NCBI GenBank assembly: GCA_963666345.1
Contig: OY762721.1
Span: 2,336,001 to 2,400,000, forward strand
Source: Desulfatiglandales bacterium
GTDB taxonomy: Bacteria; Desulfobacterota; DSM-4660; Desulfatiglandales; Desulfatiglandaceae
Reading direction: 5' to 3'
Length of the DNA: 64,000 nucleotides
Shown: positions 48,241-58,879 of the stretch, in pieces
Position numbering within the stretch: the first letter of the stretch is position 1
Layout of the letters: each line of letters begins with the position of its first letter
Program-made: the position numbers and the translations under genes
Notes under the pieces: generated by a model
What the model saw: only the letters and a program-made list of their open reading frames with translations
What the model was told of the DNA's origin: nothing
Databases searched by the model: none

Positions 48241-49821
48241 ATGGCAAAAAGGCCAACCTATGAAAAATTGGAACAAAGAATCAGGGAGTTGGAGAAGAAA
48301 AATTTTGAGATCAAGCAGGAAGAAGAGTTGCTGCGCGAAGGCGTAGAGCGTTTGAAAACCATCCTGAATTTCATACAAGCAGGAATTGTGATTATTGACA
48401 CGAAAACTCACAAGATCTTTGATGTCAATTTTGCCGCCGCTCAAGTCATAGGAGTTCCAAAAGAGAAGATTGTCGGGCGCCTGTGTCATAATCTTATGTG
48501 CTCTGCCATAAATGGAGCATGCCCGATTACGGATCTCGGGGGAAAAATAGAGAACTCGGAGAGCTTGATTTTCAGGTCCGATGGCGGGAAGATCCCTATT
48601 ATAAAAACCTGTACTCCCATAGACCTGAGGGGCAGGGAATACCTGCTGCTTACCTTTATTGACATCAGTGATAAGAAGAAACTTGAAGCCCAGCTCATCC
48701 AGGCCCAGAAGATGGAAGCAATAGGTACTCTCGCAGGAGGCATTGCCCATGATTTTAATAACCTTCTTATGGGGATACAGGGATATGCTTCTTTGATGCT
48801 TATGGATATCGACTCAACTCATCCCCATTATGAAAGGCTCACAGGGATAGAGGAGCAGGTTCAAAGAGGCGCTGAACTGACAAGACACCTGCTGGGCTTT
48901 GCAAGGGGAGGGAAATTCGAGGATGTCTCCACTGATCTCAATAAGCTCATAAGAAAGACTTCCGGAATGTTCGGTCGCACAAAGAAGGAGATCGAGATTC
49001 ATAGAAGGTATCAGAAAGATATATATTCGGTGGATTCGGACCAGGGGCAGATTGAGCAGGTTCTGTTAAATCTTTATGTCAATGCCTGGCAGGCAATGCC
49101 AGGCGGGGGAAAGTTATACCTTCAGACGGAAAATGTCTTCATTGATGAAAATCATTCAAGGCCCTATAAAATAAGGCCTGGGAGATATGTGAAGATTTCC
49201 TTTAAAGACACAGGCGTCGGTATGGACGAGACAACCCGGCAGAGGGTCTTTGAGCCGTTCTTCAGTACAAAAGAAATGGGCAGAGGAACCGGTCTGGGAT
49301 TGGCGTCCGTGTATGGCATCATTAAAAATCATGGCGGATTTATTGATGTCTACAGTGAAAAAGGCGAAGGAACAACCTTTGATCTCTTTTTGCCGGCTTC
49401 GGAAAATGGAGTAGTAGAGGGGGGCGATTCAGATGAAAAATTTCTGGAGGGTTCCGAGACTATCCTCCTGGTAGATGATGAAGATATGATTATTAACGTG
49501 GGCGAGCAGTTTTTGAAAAAGATGGGTTATACGGTCTTAATAGCCAAAAACGGGAAAGATGCCGTTGAGATATGTGAAAAGGGTCGTGATAAAATTGATA
49601 TAGTCATTCTGGATATGATAATGCCGGACATGGGCGGCGGGGAGACCTATGACAGGATAAAGGAGGTCAGTCCCGGGATGAAGGTCCTGCTTTCAAGTGG
49701 GTACAGCCTCGATGGTCAGGTTACCGAGATTTTGGTGCGAGGCTGTAACGGTTTTATCCAGAAACCTTTTGATATAAAACAGTTGTCTCAAAGTATAAGG
49801 GAGGTCTTGGATGGAAAATAG
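48241..49821 (+). CDS. PAS-domain hybrid histidine kinase/receiver (CckA-like architecture)
   Basis: GIAHDFNN H-box, NLYVNA, DTGVGM, GTGLGL, REC with LVDDE and LDMIMP. Confidence 0.95.
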   Translation: MAKRPTYEKLEQRIRELEKKNFEIKQEEELLREGVERLKTILNFIQAGIVIIDTKTHKIFDVNFAAAQVIGVPKEKIVGRLCHNLMCSAINGACPITDLGGKIENSESLIFRSDGGKIPIIKTCTPIDLRGREYLLLTFIDISDKKKLEAQLIQAQKMEAIGTLAGGIAHDFNNLLMGIQGYASLMLMDIDSTHPHYERLTGIEEQVQRGAELTRHLLGFARGGKFEDVSTDLNKLIRKTSGMFGRTKKEIEIHRRYQKDIYSVDSDQGQIEQVLLNLYVNAWQAMPGGGKLYLQTENVFIDENHSRPYKIRPGRYVKISFKDTGVGMDETTRQRVFEPFFSTKEMGRGTGLGLASVYGIIKNHGGFIDVYSEKGEGTTFDLFLPASENGVVEGGDSDEKFLEGSETILLVDDEDMIINVGEQFLKKMGYTVLIAKNGKDAVEICEKGRDKIDIVILDMIMPDMGGGETYDRIKEVSPGMKVLLSSGYSLDGQVTEILVRGCNGFIQKPFDIKQLSQSIREVLDGK

Positions 49822-49941
49822 GCGATTTTCAGTTCCTCCCTGTTTTGGAGCGATATTGTACCAAAGCCGTCCTTGCCTGTTAAATTACCGAAATGATCCG
49901 CTGAATTTCCAGCTGTGCAGTGAGTACCGGGAAATATCACA

Positions 49942-50169
49942 TTGATAGATTGCCATAAATGCGAACACTATTATGTTACCTGGGACAGGCATTTTCCTCA
50001 TGGTTGTAAGGCTATGAGTTTTAAATCCAAACAGCTGCCTTCGGTAAAAGTATTTGTCAGCTCTAATCGAGAATGCCTTTTTTATCAGGTCAAAAATTTG
50101 ACATGTCGTCAAACTCAGGGCCGCTCCCGCCATAATAAAAATCAGGACTTCCGGAAAAAGCAGGTTTAA
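49942..50169 (+). CDS. Small CxxC protein (C..C..YVTWD..FPHGC..FKS pattern)
   Basis: Resembles a small Cys-rich family often auto-annotated as uracil-DNA glycosylase; TTG start uncertain. Confidence 0.65.
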   Translation: MIDCHKCEHYYVTWDRHFPHGCKAMSFKSKQLPSVKVFVSSNRECLFYQVKNLTCRQTQGRSRHNKNQDFRKKQV

Positions 50170-50318
50170 CCGGCGTCCATCCGGAAAATAAATTATCCCG
50201 ACGATGATCAATGGCTTATCAATCTCAGTTTCTGTGTTTAAGCTCAATGTAAAGAGGATTTAACCGGTTTCAGCTTCAACAGGGCTTGCATCCGCCTCCG
50301 GCGGATCAAATAGCGCCT

Positions 50319-50346
50319 GTGTCGGTTAACCGGCACCGGTTTTTTT
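50319..50346 (+). terminator. Probable intrinsic terminator
   Basis: GTGTCGG-TTAA-CCGGCAC followed by CGG and T7. Confidence 0.5.
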
Positions 50347-50353
50347 GTGTATT

Positions 50354-50369
50354 TGGCATGGTTTCTGCT
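50354..50369 (+). promoter_or_regulatory. Sigma54 promoter for the diguanylate cyclase
   Basis: TGGCATGGTTTCTGCT. Confidence 0.78.
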
Positions 50370-50471
50370 TTAACTGGCGGGTATTGAAATGTTTTCCCGA
50401 AACTTGAACCTGACTTTTTAATCTGTAAATGCCTGCGCAGAATGTAAGGGTACCCTGGGAGGAAACGTGCA

Positions 50472-51836
50472 ATGGAAGATCTGAGGCCGGAACTGGACCG
50501 GATAAAGAAAGAATATCTGGAGGCGGAAACGGTCTGCTCGGATGAAAAGGCGTGTCTTCTGAAAGTTGCCAACATCTTCGGCATGGTTGTGGGCATGCAT
50601 GCGGAATTTGCAGAAGAACAGCAAACCATAGAAGAGATGCTCAACTCGGGGGATGTGCTGCCTCTGGATCGGATTAGGGAGGAGCTAGGCAGGTTGCGTA
50701 GTAGGATATTTACAGAAGAAACCAAGGCAGGGCTTTATAAAAGCGAAACCGAAAAGAAAAATGAAATAGATGAGCGAATGTTCAAGGCCTGTAGGAACAT
50801 CAAGAGAATTATGCTGCCGTTTCTTGATGGTTTCTACCCCATGACAAAGGAATTAAAAGAAAAGGCCGATCAAATAAAAATCAAGTGTCACCCCGGTATG
50901 GCGGAACATGAACTGGATGAACATACGGCTTCATTTCTCGCCTTTGTTAAGGGACTGAAGAAAAGGGTCTCGGAAGATTTAGGATATGTCAACAAGAGCT
51001 TTCTCATGCTTTTGAAGCATGTAAAGGAACTGGAGAAAATGCTGACGAGTGAGTTCGGGGAAAATGACAGTTTAAAAGAAATGGAGCATTTTGAGATAAA
51101 GATCAGCGAGGAGATGGGTTCCATTGTAAACTCGTTTGATATTCATGCCAGAATCAGCGAAATAAGGAGTACGGTAGTAGGAAAGTTAAGTAATATAAAA
51201 CGACTGGTTGCCAAAAGAAAAAAGGAGGAAGTAAAAAGATCGGACCGGGCTAAGGAAGGCCTTGATAAACTCAAGAAACAGATCGTGAATGCGGAAAGAC
51301 ACGCCCGTAAAATGTCAAAAAAAGCGGAACATTTTCGAAAAGCCGCCAAAAAGGACGGCCTCACGGGCCTGCACAACCGCAGTGCCTTTGATGAAAGGCT
51401 AAGGGATGGGCTTGAGCTTTTTAACAGTGGGGGAGGCTCTTTTTTGATCGTACTTTTCGACGTGGATAATTTTAAGGCCATCAATGACATGTTCGGTCAC
51501 GTGGCAGGAGATAAGGTCTTGAAGATAGTTGCCCGGACATTAACGGAAAGCTTCCGAAAAGATGATTTCATAGCGCGTTACGGCGGTGATGAATTCGTTG
51601 TCATCCTGGAGGGTTTGAGTGAAGAGATGGCCTATGAAAGAACAGAAAAATTCACGAAAAATTTCAGTGAAAAGCGGTTTACTTCGGCCATGGCGGGTAA
51701 GGATATAAAGATCAACATAAGTGCGGGAATCGCCTTGGCTGATGCAGGAGAGGGCCCTGATCAACTCATCCGCCGTGCGGATCTGGCCATGTACGACTCG
51801 AAAAAAAACGCCCGGCAACCTGACATATCAGGTTAA
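50472..51836 (+). CDS. Cytoplasmic diguanylate cyclase (GGDEF)
   Basis: DGLTGLHNR, DVDNFKAINDMFGHVAGD, RKDD I-site, RYGGDEF. Confidence 0.95.
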   Translation: MEDLRPELDRIKKEYLEAETVCSDEKACLLKVANIFGMVVGMHAEFAEEQQTIEEMLNSGDVLPLDRIREELGRLRSRIFTEETKAGLYKSETEKKNEIDERMFKACRNIKRIMLPFLDGFYPMTKELKEKADQIKIKCHPGMAEHELDEHTASFLAFVKGLKKRVSEDLGYVNKSFLMLLKHVKELEKMLTSEFGENDSLKEMEHFEIKISEEMGSIVNSFDIHARISEIRSTVVGKLSNIKRLVAKRKKEEVKRSDRAKEGLDKLKKQIVNAERHARKMSKKAEHFRKAAKKDGLTGLHNRSAFDERLRDGLELFNSGGGSFLIVLFDVDNFKAINDMFGHVAGDKVLKIVARTLTESFRKDDFIARYGGDEFVVILEGLSEEMAYERTEKFTKNFSEKRFTSAMAGKDIKINISAGIALADAGEGPDQLIRRADLAMYDSKKNARQPDISG

Positions 51837-51882
51837 TTCGGGATTCGGCCCTGATTGCCCTAATGCAGGCGAAATTTGGTTT

Positions 51883-53073
51883 TTATAGGGACCCGGTCAT
51901 TTGTCCCGTGATTTTTTCAACATATTCGCAAACCTTGCGTTTGATACTGCTGACTTCTTCTTCCTGAAGGCCCAGGAATTCCAAAGTCCTTTCCTGAACC
52001 TGACATCGCATGCTGTCCACACCTGCTCCCATGTCGCTTTGTACAGCCAGAAAATCCGCCATATGAACTATATGGGCCAGATCATTATCCTGTGACATGG
52101 AAGGATTATGATGGTATCTTACGGCGGAAGTTAGAATTTCAGGGATACCCCAATTATTACATGCTTCATACCCGATTTCAGAATGATCCAACCCCAGGAG
52201 CTGTTGTTCCACTTCGCATAGCGTCTTTTTGTGATCCATCTTCAACCGGTCAAATTCTTCCCTCCTTTTAAGGACATGATCATCAAGCATGATTTTACCT
52301 GCGTCATGTATGAGTCCGGCCATAAAGGCGATATTAACCAGCTCAGGTCCTTTTATGTTGGCTATAAGCCTTGAGCCGATGCCCACGGCCAAAGAGTGCC
52401 GCCATATGTCTTCCGATTTTGCCCCGTATCCCTTCAGTTCTTTGCTCAAAAGATTGGAAGTGCCTGCCATCATGACGATTTCGCCCAATGTTTTGCCGCC
52501 GAGCAAGACGGAGGCATGTCCTATTGATGTTACCTTCCCTGCCAGACCGAAGTACGATGAGTTGGCCATTTTCAGTATCCTGACTGATATGGCCGGATCG
52601 GTTGCGATTACGCTCGCAAGCTCTTTGATGCTTGAATCGGGATCAGACATGATCTCCTGGGCCTTCAGGACGACCTGAGGCATGGGAGGCAAGACACCCA
52701 TCAATCCGCTTATAATCTTCTTTTTTAGGGCCTTACCCTCCTGCTCAAGGTCTGATCGGGGATTCGGATTCAACGCTTCTTCAGCCCCGTTATCTTTTGA
52801 TTTCGGGGACGCTCCCGAGAAGGTTTCTGCGACGGATTTCGATCGAAGGTCAAGCTTGATGGTTCCCTTGCAGTGCTTACAGGGAAAACTGACCTTCCTG
52901 TTGAGCGGAAGTTTTGCGCGGTGGATATTATAAAAATGCCCGCAATTGGGACATGCGATCTTTATACTGCCTTCTCTTTTTTCATTAATGTTATTTTCCA
53001 CTACTGCCACGGGATCACCCTCGTATACAATTTTTATATCGGGCAAAGGCACATCTTGTGTTTTTGCCCGCAT
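51883..53073 (-). CDS. Zinc-ribbon + HDOD domain protein
   Basis: CPNC..CKHC ribbon; LPPMP, ILKMANSSYFG, WRHS, GLIHDAGK, HH. Confidence 0.92.
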   Translation of the reverse strand: MRAKTQDVPLPDIKIVYEGDPVAVVENNINEKREGSIKIACPNCGHFYNIHRAKLPLNRKVSFPCKHCKGTIKLDLRSKSVAETFSGASPKSKDNGAEEALNPNPRSDLEQEGKALKKKIISGLMGVLPPMPQVVLKAQEIMSDPDSSIKELASVIATDPAISVRILKMANSSYFGLAGKVTSIGHASVLLGGKTLGEIVMMAGTSNLLSKELKGYGAKSEDIWRHSLAVGIGSRLIANIKGPELVNIAFMAGLIHDAGKIMLDDHVLKRREEFDRLKMDHKKTLCEVEQQLLGLDHSEIGYEACNNWGIPEILTSAVRYHHNPSMSQDNDLAHIVHMADFLAVQSDMGAGVDSMRCQVQERTLEFLGLQEEEVSSIKRKVCEYVEKITGQMTGSL

Positions 53074-53261
53074 AGCTTGCGGTAACTCCTTTATGCTTGT
53101 GGAATAATACTTTCAGTTAAATTCCCGGTTCCTGCGTTTTGATTCACGGCTTCGCCTTTTTCCCCCTATAATCGGCCTTATCCTGCCCCCTCTATTTCAC
53201 GCTGAAGAAGGTGCTTCCAGAAGGCGAGGAGCCAGCCTGTAAAAAACCCCATACGATTAAG

Positions 53262-53289
53262 TTATCGCCAAACAAGTTAAAAAACTTGA
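53262..53289 (-). promoter_or_regulatory. Putative sigma28 promoter for the HDOD gene
   Basis: Minus strand TCAA-N16-GGCGATAA, same spacing as the flgN promoter. Confidence 0.5.
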
Positions 53290-53446
53290 GCCGGAAAATG
53301 AAATTTTCCGGTTTTGAACCTTTTAATTCTCTGCTACTTGAGCCGACGAGAACAAACGTTGGTTATCCCAACGCGTCCTTGGCCTTTTGATCCTTTGAGA
53401 AAGTAATAGAGTTACAAAAGGAATGGTAACGGTGGATCTTTTTAAG

Positions 53447-53523
<77 letters not shown>

Positions 53524-53594
53524 TCATGATAGGAAAGTGTACCATATATTAGCTTGCAGTGTAAAATCAAGCCTATTTTGACCTTTCTAAGGGC

Positions 53595-53623
53595 TTGACC
53601 GTAAATCGCATTTGACCTATAAT
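53595..53623 (+). promoter_or_regulatory. Sigma70 promoter
   Basis: TTGACC-N17-TATAAT. Confidence 0.75.
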
Positions 53624-53702
53624 CAGCACCCTTATAAATGAGGCATGGGTTTTTATGGCTGTGCCCGTTTTTTGAGGTTAATGTCGATGCAGGAGGCCTT
53701 AA

Positions 53703-53942
53703 GTGGATCTAGCAAGAAAAATAAGCATTGGAATCGTAATGATAATACCCTCTTTTGTTTTCAGCGCGATGTTCTGGGCATGGTTTGAATCATGGTTTGC
53801 GGTGCTTATCATGCTGCTGATAATGGCTGGGCTCTATTATACAATCATCACCGGCAGGGCGGAACCGGTCTTCCGTCAGATTGTGGGCAGGGCTGTTTCA
53901 GATTTTTCAAGCCTCCCGGGCAGGCGCGGCAACAGGGCCTGA
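53703..53942 (+). CDS. Small two-TM membrane protein
   Basis: SD AGGAGG, GTG start, two hydrophobic helices, own promoter and terminator. Confidence 0.75.
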   Translation: MDLARKISIGIVMIIPSFVFSAMFWAWFESWFAVLIMLLIMAGLYYTIITGRAEPVFRQIVGRAVSDFSSLPGRRGNRA

Positions 53943-53971
53943 GTGTAAAGGCCTGCATAGGATAGAAACGA

Positions 53972-54006
53972 AAAAGGGGATCAACCCAGAGGGTTGATCC
54001 CCTTTT
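53972..54006. terminator. Bidirectional intrinsic terminator
   Basis: AAAAGGGGATCAACCC-AGA-GGGTTGATCCCCTTTT between convergent genes. Confidence 0.9.
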
Positions 54007-54033
54007 CATTGCTTTCGGGGGGTGATTGCCCTG

Positions 54034-54942
54034 CTATGCTATTCCGAGGCTGAACTTGAGTGATTTAAGGGTATTTTTCATGAGCATCGTAATGGTCATG
54101 GGACCCACACCGCCCGGAACCGGAGTAATGTAGCCTGCTATCTCCTTTGCCGCGTCAAAGTCGACGTCTCCCCTTAAGATGGCAATCTTTTTGCCTGTTT
54201 TTTCACTGATCTTCTCACCGACCCTGTTTACTCCCACATCTATCACGCAGGCCCCCGGTTTTATCCATTCGGGCTTTACCAAGCCCGGCACACCGGCTGC
54301 CACGATCAGGATGTCGGCCCTTTTGCAGTGAAATGCCATGTCCTTGGTACGGGTGTGAACGATGGTTACAGTTGAATTTGCGCCGTCAGCCTTCTGGAGC
54401 ATTATATTCGCGATAGGCTTTCCCACTATGTTGGACCGGCCTACTACCACCACTTCGGCACCGTTTGTCTCGACACCGGCGCGGACTATCATTTCCTGGA
54501 TACCTGCGGGTGTGCAGGGGGGGAATTTTACCTCGGATCCCCCTATCATGAGTCGGCCGACATTTACCGGATGAAACCCGTCCACATCCTTATCAGGATC
54601 TATGGCGTTCAGGATCTTTTTTTCATCGATATGTTTCGGAATGGGAAGTTGAACGAGTATGCCGTTGATGGAGTCGTCATTATTATACTTGTCGATGAGC
54701 GCGAGCAGGGCCTCCTCGGTAATGGTGTCAGGCTGGTTATCCTGGATTTCTTTGAACCCCAGACGGTTGGCTGTCTTGATCTTAAGCGTTACATATGAAA
54801 TAGAGGCTGGGTTTTCTCCCACAAGGATCGTCACAAGGCCCGGCACCACCCCATGCTTTTCCTTGATATCTTTTACCTCCTGTTCGATTTCATTAAGGAT
54901 TTCCTCACGAATTTCAGTGCCTTTTATAAGTTTTGCTGTCAT
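54034..54942 (-). CDS. folD: Methylenetetrahydrofolate dehydrogenase/cyclohydrolase
   Basis: GILVQLP, KDVDGFHP, PCTP, GRSNIVGKP, TPVPGGVGPMT. Confidence 0.98.
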   Translation of the reverse strand: MTAKLIKGTEIREEILNEIEQEVKDIKEKHGVVPGLVTILVGENPASISYVTLKIKTANRLGFKEIQDNQPDTITEEALLALIDKYNNDDSINGILVQLPIPKHIDEKKILNAIDPDKDVDGFHPVNVGRLMIGGSEVKFPPCTPAGIQEMIVRAGVETNGAEVVVVGRSNIVGKPIANIMLQKADGANSTVTIVHTRTKDMAFHCKRADILIVAAGVPGLVKPEWIKPGACVIDVGVNRVGEKISEKTGKKIAILRGDVDFDAAKEIAGYITPVPGGVGPMTITMLMKNTLKSLKFSLGIA

Positions 54943-55281
54943 TTTGCATCTCCTTTCATGAAATTTATGCTAATAGATTCCAGAGCAGCCGAAATTAAAA
55001 TAACGATTCCATGGAGGTCTTCATTACCATAGTTCCGATTTTATATCAAAGCCTTATTTTGAACGGAAAGAAGCATCAATTTCAACGATCATCAGGACAA
55101 TAGATTCGGGCATTCAACCCAACGGGTAATCCCTTTTTTTCAGATTCATGCCTAAGCAACAGGCAGTCAGGTACCACGAAAAACAGACACTCAGGCTGAA
55201 GAAAGATTAATGGGCCGAGGATTCCATTACTTTTACTTTATTCATTTCAGGCCGAATAAATTTCGGTCCTTACGGTCTAGG

Positions 55282-55923
55282 TCATTTACCGGGACTTTTC
55301 CTCGTCCATAAGTTTTTTATGAACCTGATCAGAATGAACAGGAAAAGGATAAAGGTTGCAACCGCCAGTATCGAAAGGTTGTAGCGAACCATTAACCCGG
55401 CTGTTTCTTCCTTTATTATATCCCAGTTATTTCCCAGGGAATAACCGAGGTAAATCCAGATCAGGTTCCATATGGATGCGCTCAACAGGGCAAGTAAGAG
55501 GGAGGCGAACCCATTAAGCCCTGAAAAACCGCCTGATATGGATATTACCGATCTTATCCCCGGTAAAAATCTGTTGAGCAGTATAAGTAGGTACCCGAAT
55601 TTTTTGAACCACTCCTCCGCCCTTGTTATGTCACTTGCCTTGAAAATCCAGAAATCTCTTTCAATGAAAAATCGTCTGCCTATGATTCTGCCCAACCAGA
55701 AAAGGGTCATGAAGCCCGCAATGCTTCCCAGGGTTGTGGAAAGATACACCCCTGTAAAGCTGAGCCTTTTTGTCCCTACCAGAAAAGCCCCGAAGGCGGT
55801 AATAGTATCTCCGGGAACGGGTGGAAACACGTTTTCCACAAAGGCGCTTACCCCCAAAAAGATATAAATCAGGGGCTCCGGAAGGGTATTGATTAAATGA
55901 AGGAGATTATCAATCGCATTCAT
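55282..55923 (-). CDS. DedA family membrane protein
   Basis: ENVFPPVPGD, RFLPGIR, GYSLG. Confidence 0.93.
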   Translation of the reverse strand: MNAIDNLLHLINTLPEPLIYIFLGVSAFVENVFPPVPGDTITAFGAFLVGTKRLSFTGVYLSTTLGSIAGFMTLFWLGRIIGRRFFIERDFWIFKASDITRAEEWFKKFGYLLILLNRFLPGIRSVISISGGFSGLNGFASLLLALLSASIWNLIWIYLGYSLGNNWDIIKEETAGLMVRYNLSILAVATFILFLFILIRFIKNLWTRKSPGK

Positions 55924-56181
55924 CTGTTATCCAGGGAACCGGTTGTTTGCAGTTCAGACTGCAAAGGGCGATATAAACAGGCTAACTCATCCTTTTTGGT
56001 AAAATTATCAAGGTTCCATTTGAAAACGCAAGGAGTCTTTTTACCTTGACTCGACAGGGCTCTTTTGCTAACAGGTCCAAAGTAGCTTGAAATACTCTGA
56101 TACCCCCGGCCATGTGCGGATCAATTTGCAATTTAGATGCACATAGGCCTTTTGGGGGCAATTAATATCTGCGGGGAAAAA

Positions 56182-56859
56182 ATGGCAAAAAAGGTATCCA
56201 GGAAAGAGCTTCTCAAATCGCCTGACGAGTTTATCACACTGTCCGAGCGTATTGTAAATTTCGCAAAAGAGAATCAGCGCCTTCTCCAGCTTTGCGGTCT
56301 GGTGATAGCGGCTGTTTTTGTCCTATATCTGGCGGTAAATGGATACTTCAGTCATATCAACAACAAAGGTCAGCATCTCTATAACCAGGCCTATAATGCC
56401 CTTTCTCAGGAATTTGATCCTGGTGCGGAAAGCAAGAGCCTTGAAAATGCGGAAAAATTCTTTACCCGGGTCATCGATGAATACGGTATGTCAAAGGCTG
56501 CGAGGCTTGCCCTTCCCCAGCTTGCGTATATAAAATTCAGAAACGGAAAATACGACGAGGCGATAGGACTTTATAAGAAATTTATGAAGAAGGCTTCAGG
56601 GCACAGGGAATACGAAGCCATGACCTCTATTGCCATTGCCGCCTGCTATGAATCGAAAAACGACATTGATGAGGCCATAGGTGTAATTGAAGGCGTATCA
56701 TCAGATCAGGAGGGTCCTTTCAGGGAGATCGCAATGTTCAACCTGAGCCGCCTGTATAGGCTTGGTAACAGTCCTGAAAAGGAGAAAGAGGCCCTCAAGC
56801 AGTTTATTGAAGAATTCAGCGGTTCACCTTTTGCCCAAATGGCAAAGGCCCGTCTATAA
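56182..56859 (+). CDS. YfgM-like membrane-anchored TPR protein
   Basis: RKELLKSPDEF N-terminus, single TM, TPR helices. Confidence 0.8.
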   Translation: MAKKVSRKELLKSPDEFITLSERIVNFAKENQRLLQLCGLVIAAVFVLYLAVNGYFSHINNKGQHLYNQAYNALSQEFDPGAESKSLENAEKFFTRVIDEYGMSKAARLALPQLAYIKFRNGKYDEAIGLYKKFMKKASGHREYEAMTSIAIAACYESKNDIDEAIGVIEGVSSDQEGPFREIAMFNLSRLYRLGNSPEKEKEALKQFIEEFSGSPFAQMAKARL

Positions 56860-57186
56860 AAGATTCTCCGGTTCAGTCCGGGTGATTCTTTTGCCAGGTC
56901 CTTAATGAGGCCCTTGTCTCTATAAGGTTTCCCCGGGTAATCTCACGATTAATTGTGATTGCTTGAGGATTGGCCCCTTTTCTCCGGCCGGACTCGAGAA
57001 AACCTCACTTTTTGTCTTAATAAGACAGAATATCTCATTTTATTTCTTTATAAGAAACCAGGCATAGCAGGCTGTTGCCTTGCAGGGCTGAATCGATACT
57101 CGATCCTCCGGCCCGGGATTCTTTGTTAATTACTCCATTTTTCATTCAAGTGAATGATCCTTTTGAAAAAAGAGCGGTCATTTGTC

Positions 57187-57215
57187 TTGACACGGAATTG
57201 CTTCTCTTTTATAGT
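57187..57215 (+). promoter_or_regulatory. Sigma70 promoter for acyl-CoA synthetase-iorAB
   Basis: TTGACA-N17-TATAGT. Confidence 0.75.
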
Positions 57216-57255
57216 TATTTTATAGCTAAAATATAGCTTCATACAGGAGGGGGCC

Positions 57256-58821
57256 ATGGTCATAACCGAGATTTTGGCAAGAAATGCCAGGATGTATGGA
57301 GAGGAAATCGCCCTTATCGAGAGAGACCCGCTAAACGGGAAAAGGGTTGAGATTACCTGGAATGATTTTGACTGTATGGCTAACAGGGTGGCGGATGCGC
57401 TGCTCAAGAAAGGCATCAGGAAGGGTGACAAGGTTATTCATCTTATGATGAACTGCCTTGAGTGGCTTCCGACATACTTCGGAATACTGAAAACCGGTGC
57501 CTGGGCCGTACCCCTTAACTTTCGATTCACCTCCGGGGACATTCGTTACTGCGCGGAGATTGCGGAAGCCAAGGCAATGATTTTCAGTCAGGAGTTTATC
57601 GGCAGAATTAATGAGATAAAGGATGACCTTGATACGATAAAAGACTTTATATATCTTGGAGAAGAGGACCTTAAGCCGGAATATGCTCAAATCTTTGATG
57701 CCTTTATCGATGATTGTTCCGAAGAGGCCCCGGCCATTGAAATAGAGCTTTTTGATGAGGCCGGCCTCTATTTCACCTCAGGAACCACAGGAACTCCTAA
57801 GCCGATTCTTCTGACCCACAGAAATCTGGAATTCGCCTGCTATATCGAAAACAGACACCACAACCAGACCCATGAGGATAACTTCGTATGCATTCCTCCT
57901 CTCTACCACACGGGCGCCAAGATGCACTGGTTCGGGAACTTTATCGTGGGGGCCAGGGCGGTAATACTAAAGGGGGTCAAGCCGAAATGGATACTGGAGG
58001 CAATTTCGGAAGAAAAGGCTACGATCGTATGGCTGCTGGTGCCATGGGCTCAGGATATACTGGTGGCTATTGAAAACGGGGAAGTAAATCTTGACGATTA
58101 CGCGCTCGATCAGTGGAGACTTATGCACATAGGGGCCCAGCCGGTCCCGCCCAGCCTTGTAAAGAACTGGATGAAGGTCTTTCCCGGTCATGACTATGAC
58201 ACTAACTACGGGTTGAGTGAAACAACCGGACCGGGCTGCGTTCATCTGGGAATGGAAAACCTCAACAAGGTGGGCGCCATCGGAGTTCCCGGTTTTGACT
58301 GGGAGTACAGGATCGTTGACAATGACAGGAAGGATGTGGCAAGGGGCGGATCAGGCGAGCTTATGGTAAAGGGTCCGGGGACAATGAAGGAATATTATAA
58401 GAACCCAGAGGCGACAAAAGACACGATTGTCGACGGATGGCTTCTCACCGGGGACATTGCCAGGGCGGACGAGGATGGATTCATATGGCTGGTTGACAGA
58501 AAAAAGGATGTCATAATATCGGGAGGAGAGAATATATTTCCTGTGGAGATAGAGGACTTCCTGATGTATAATGCCAAGATTCAGGATGCGGCGGTAATCG
58601 GAACACCGGATGAGCGGCTTGGTGAGATTGTAACTGCCATTGTGCAGCCAAAGAAGGGCCAGGAGATCTCAGAGGAGGAAATAATTGCATTCTGCGAAGA
58701 TATCCCCAGGTACAAACGGCCCAGGAAGGTCTATTTCGGGGATATCCCCAGGAATCCCACCGGTAAGATCGAAAAACCCAAGCTTAGAAAGATTTACGGA
58801 GGAAGGGCCCAAAGCATTTGA
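57256..58821 (+). CDS. Acyl-CoA synthetase (class I adenylate-forming enzyme)
   Basis: YFTSGTTGTPK, YGLSE, TGD, RKKDVIISGGENI, PRNPTGKI. Confidence 0.93.
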   Translation: MVITEILARNARMYGEEIALIERDPLNGKRVEITWNDFDCMANRVADALLKKGIRKGDKVIHLMMNCLEWLPTYFGILKTGAWAVPLNFRFTSGDIRYCAEIAEAKAMIFSQEFIGRINEIKDDLDTIKDFIYLGEEDLKPEYAQIFDAFIDDCSEEAPAIEIELFDEAGLYFTSGTTGTPKPILLTHRNLEFACYIENRHHNQTHEDNFVCIPPLYHTGAKMHWFGNFIVGARAVILKGVKPKWILEAISEEKATIVWLLVPWAQDILVAIENGEVNLDDYALDQWRLMHIGAQPVPPSLVKNWMKVFPGHDYDTNYGLSETTGPGCVHLGMENLNKVGAIGVPGFDWEYRIVDNDRKDVARGGSGELMVKGPGTMKEYYKNPEATKDTIVDGWLLTGDIARADEDGFIWLVDRKKDVIISGGENIFPVEIEDFLMYNAKIQDAAVIGTPDERLGEIVTAIVQPKKGQEISEEEIIAFCEDIPRYKRPRKVYFGDIPRNPTGKIEKPKLRKIYGGRAQSI

Positions 58822-58879
58822 CCTGAACGTATCGGCCGGAAGATGCCGTCAAGACTAACCTCATAATAGGGAGAAAGAG

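Noticed and set aside
49942..50169. Uracil-DNA glycosylase function
   Set aside because: At 75 aa it is too short and has no UDG catalytic motifs; kept only as a CxxC protein.
54943..55281. THF or ZTP riboswitch upstream of folD
   Set aside because: No recognisable conserved core on the minus strand.
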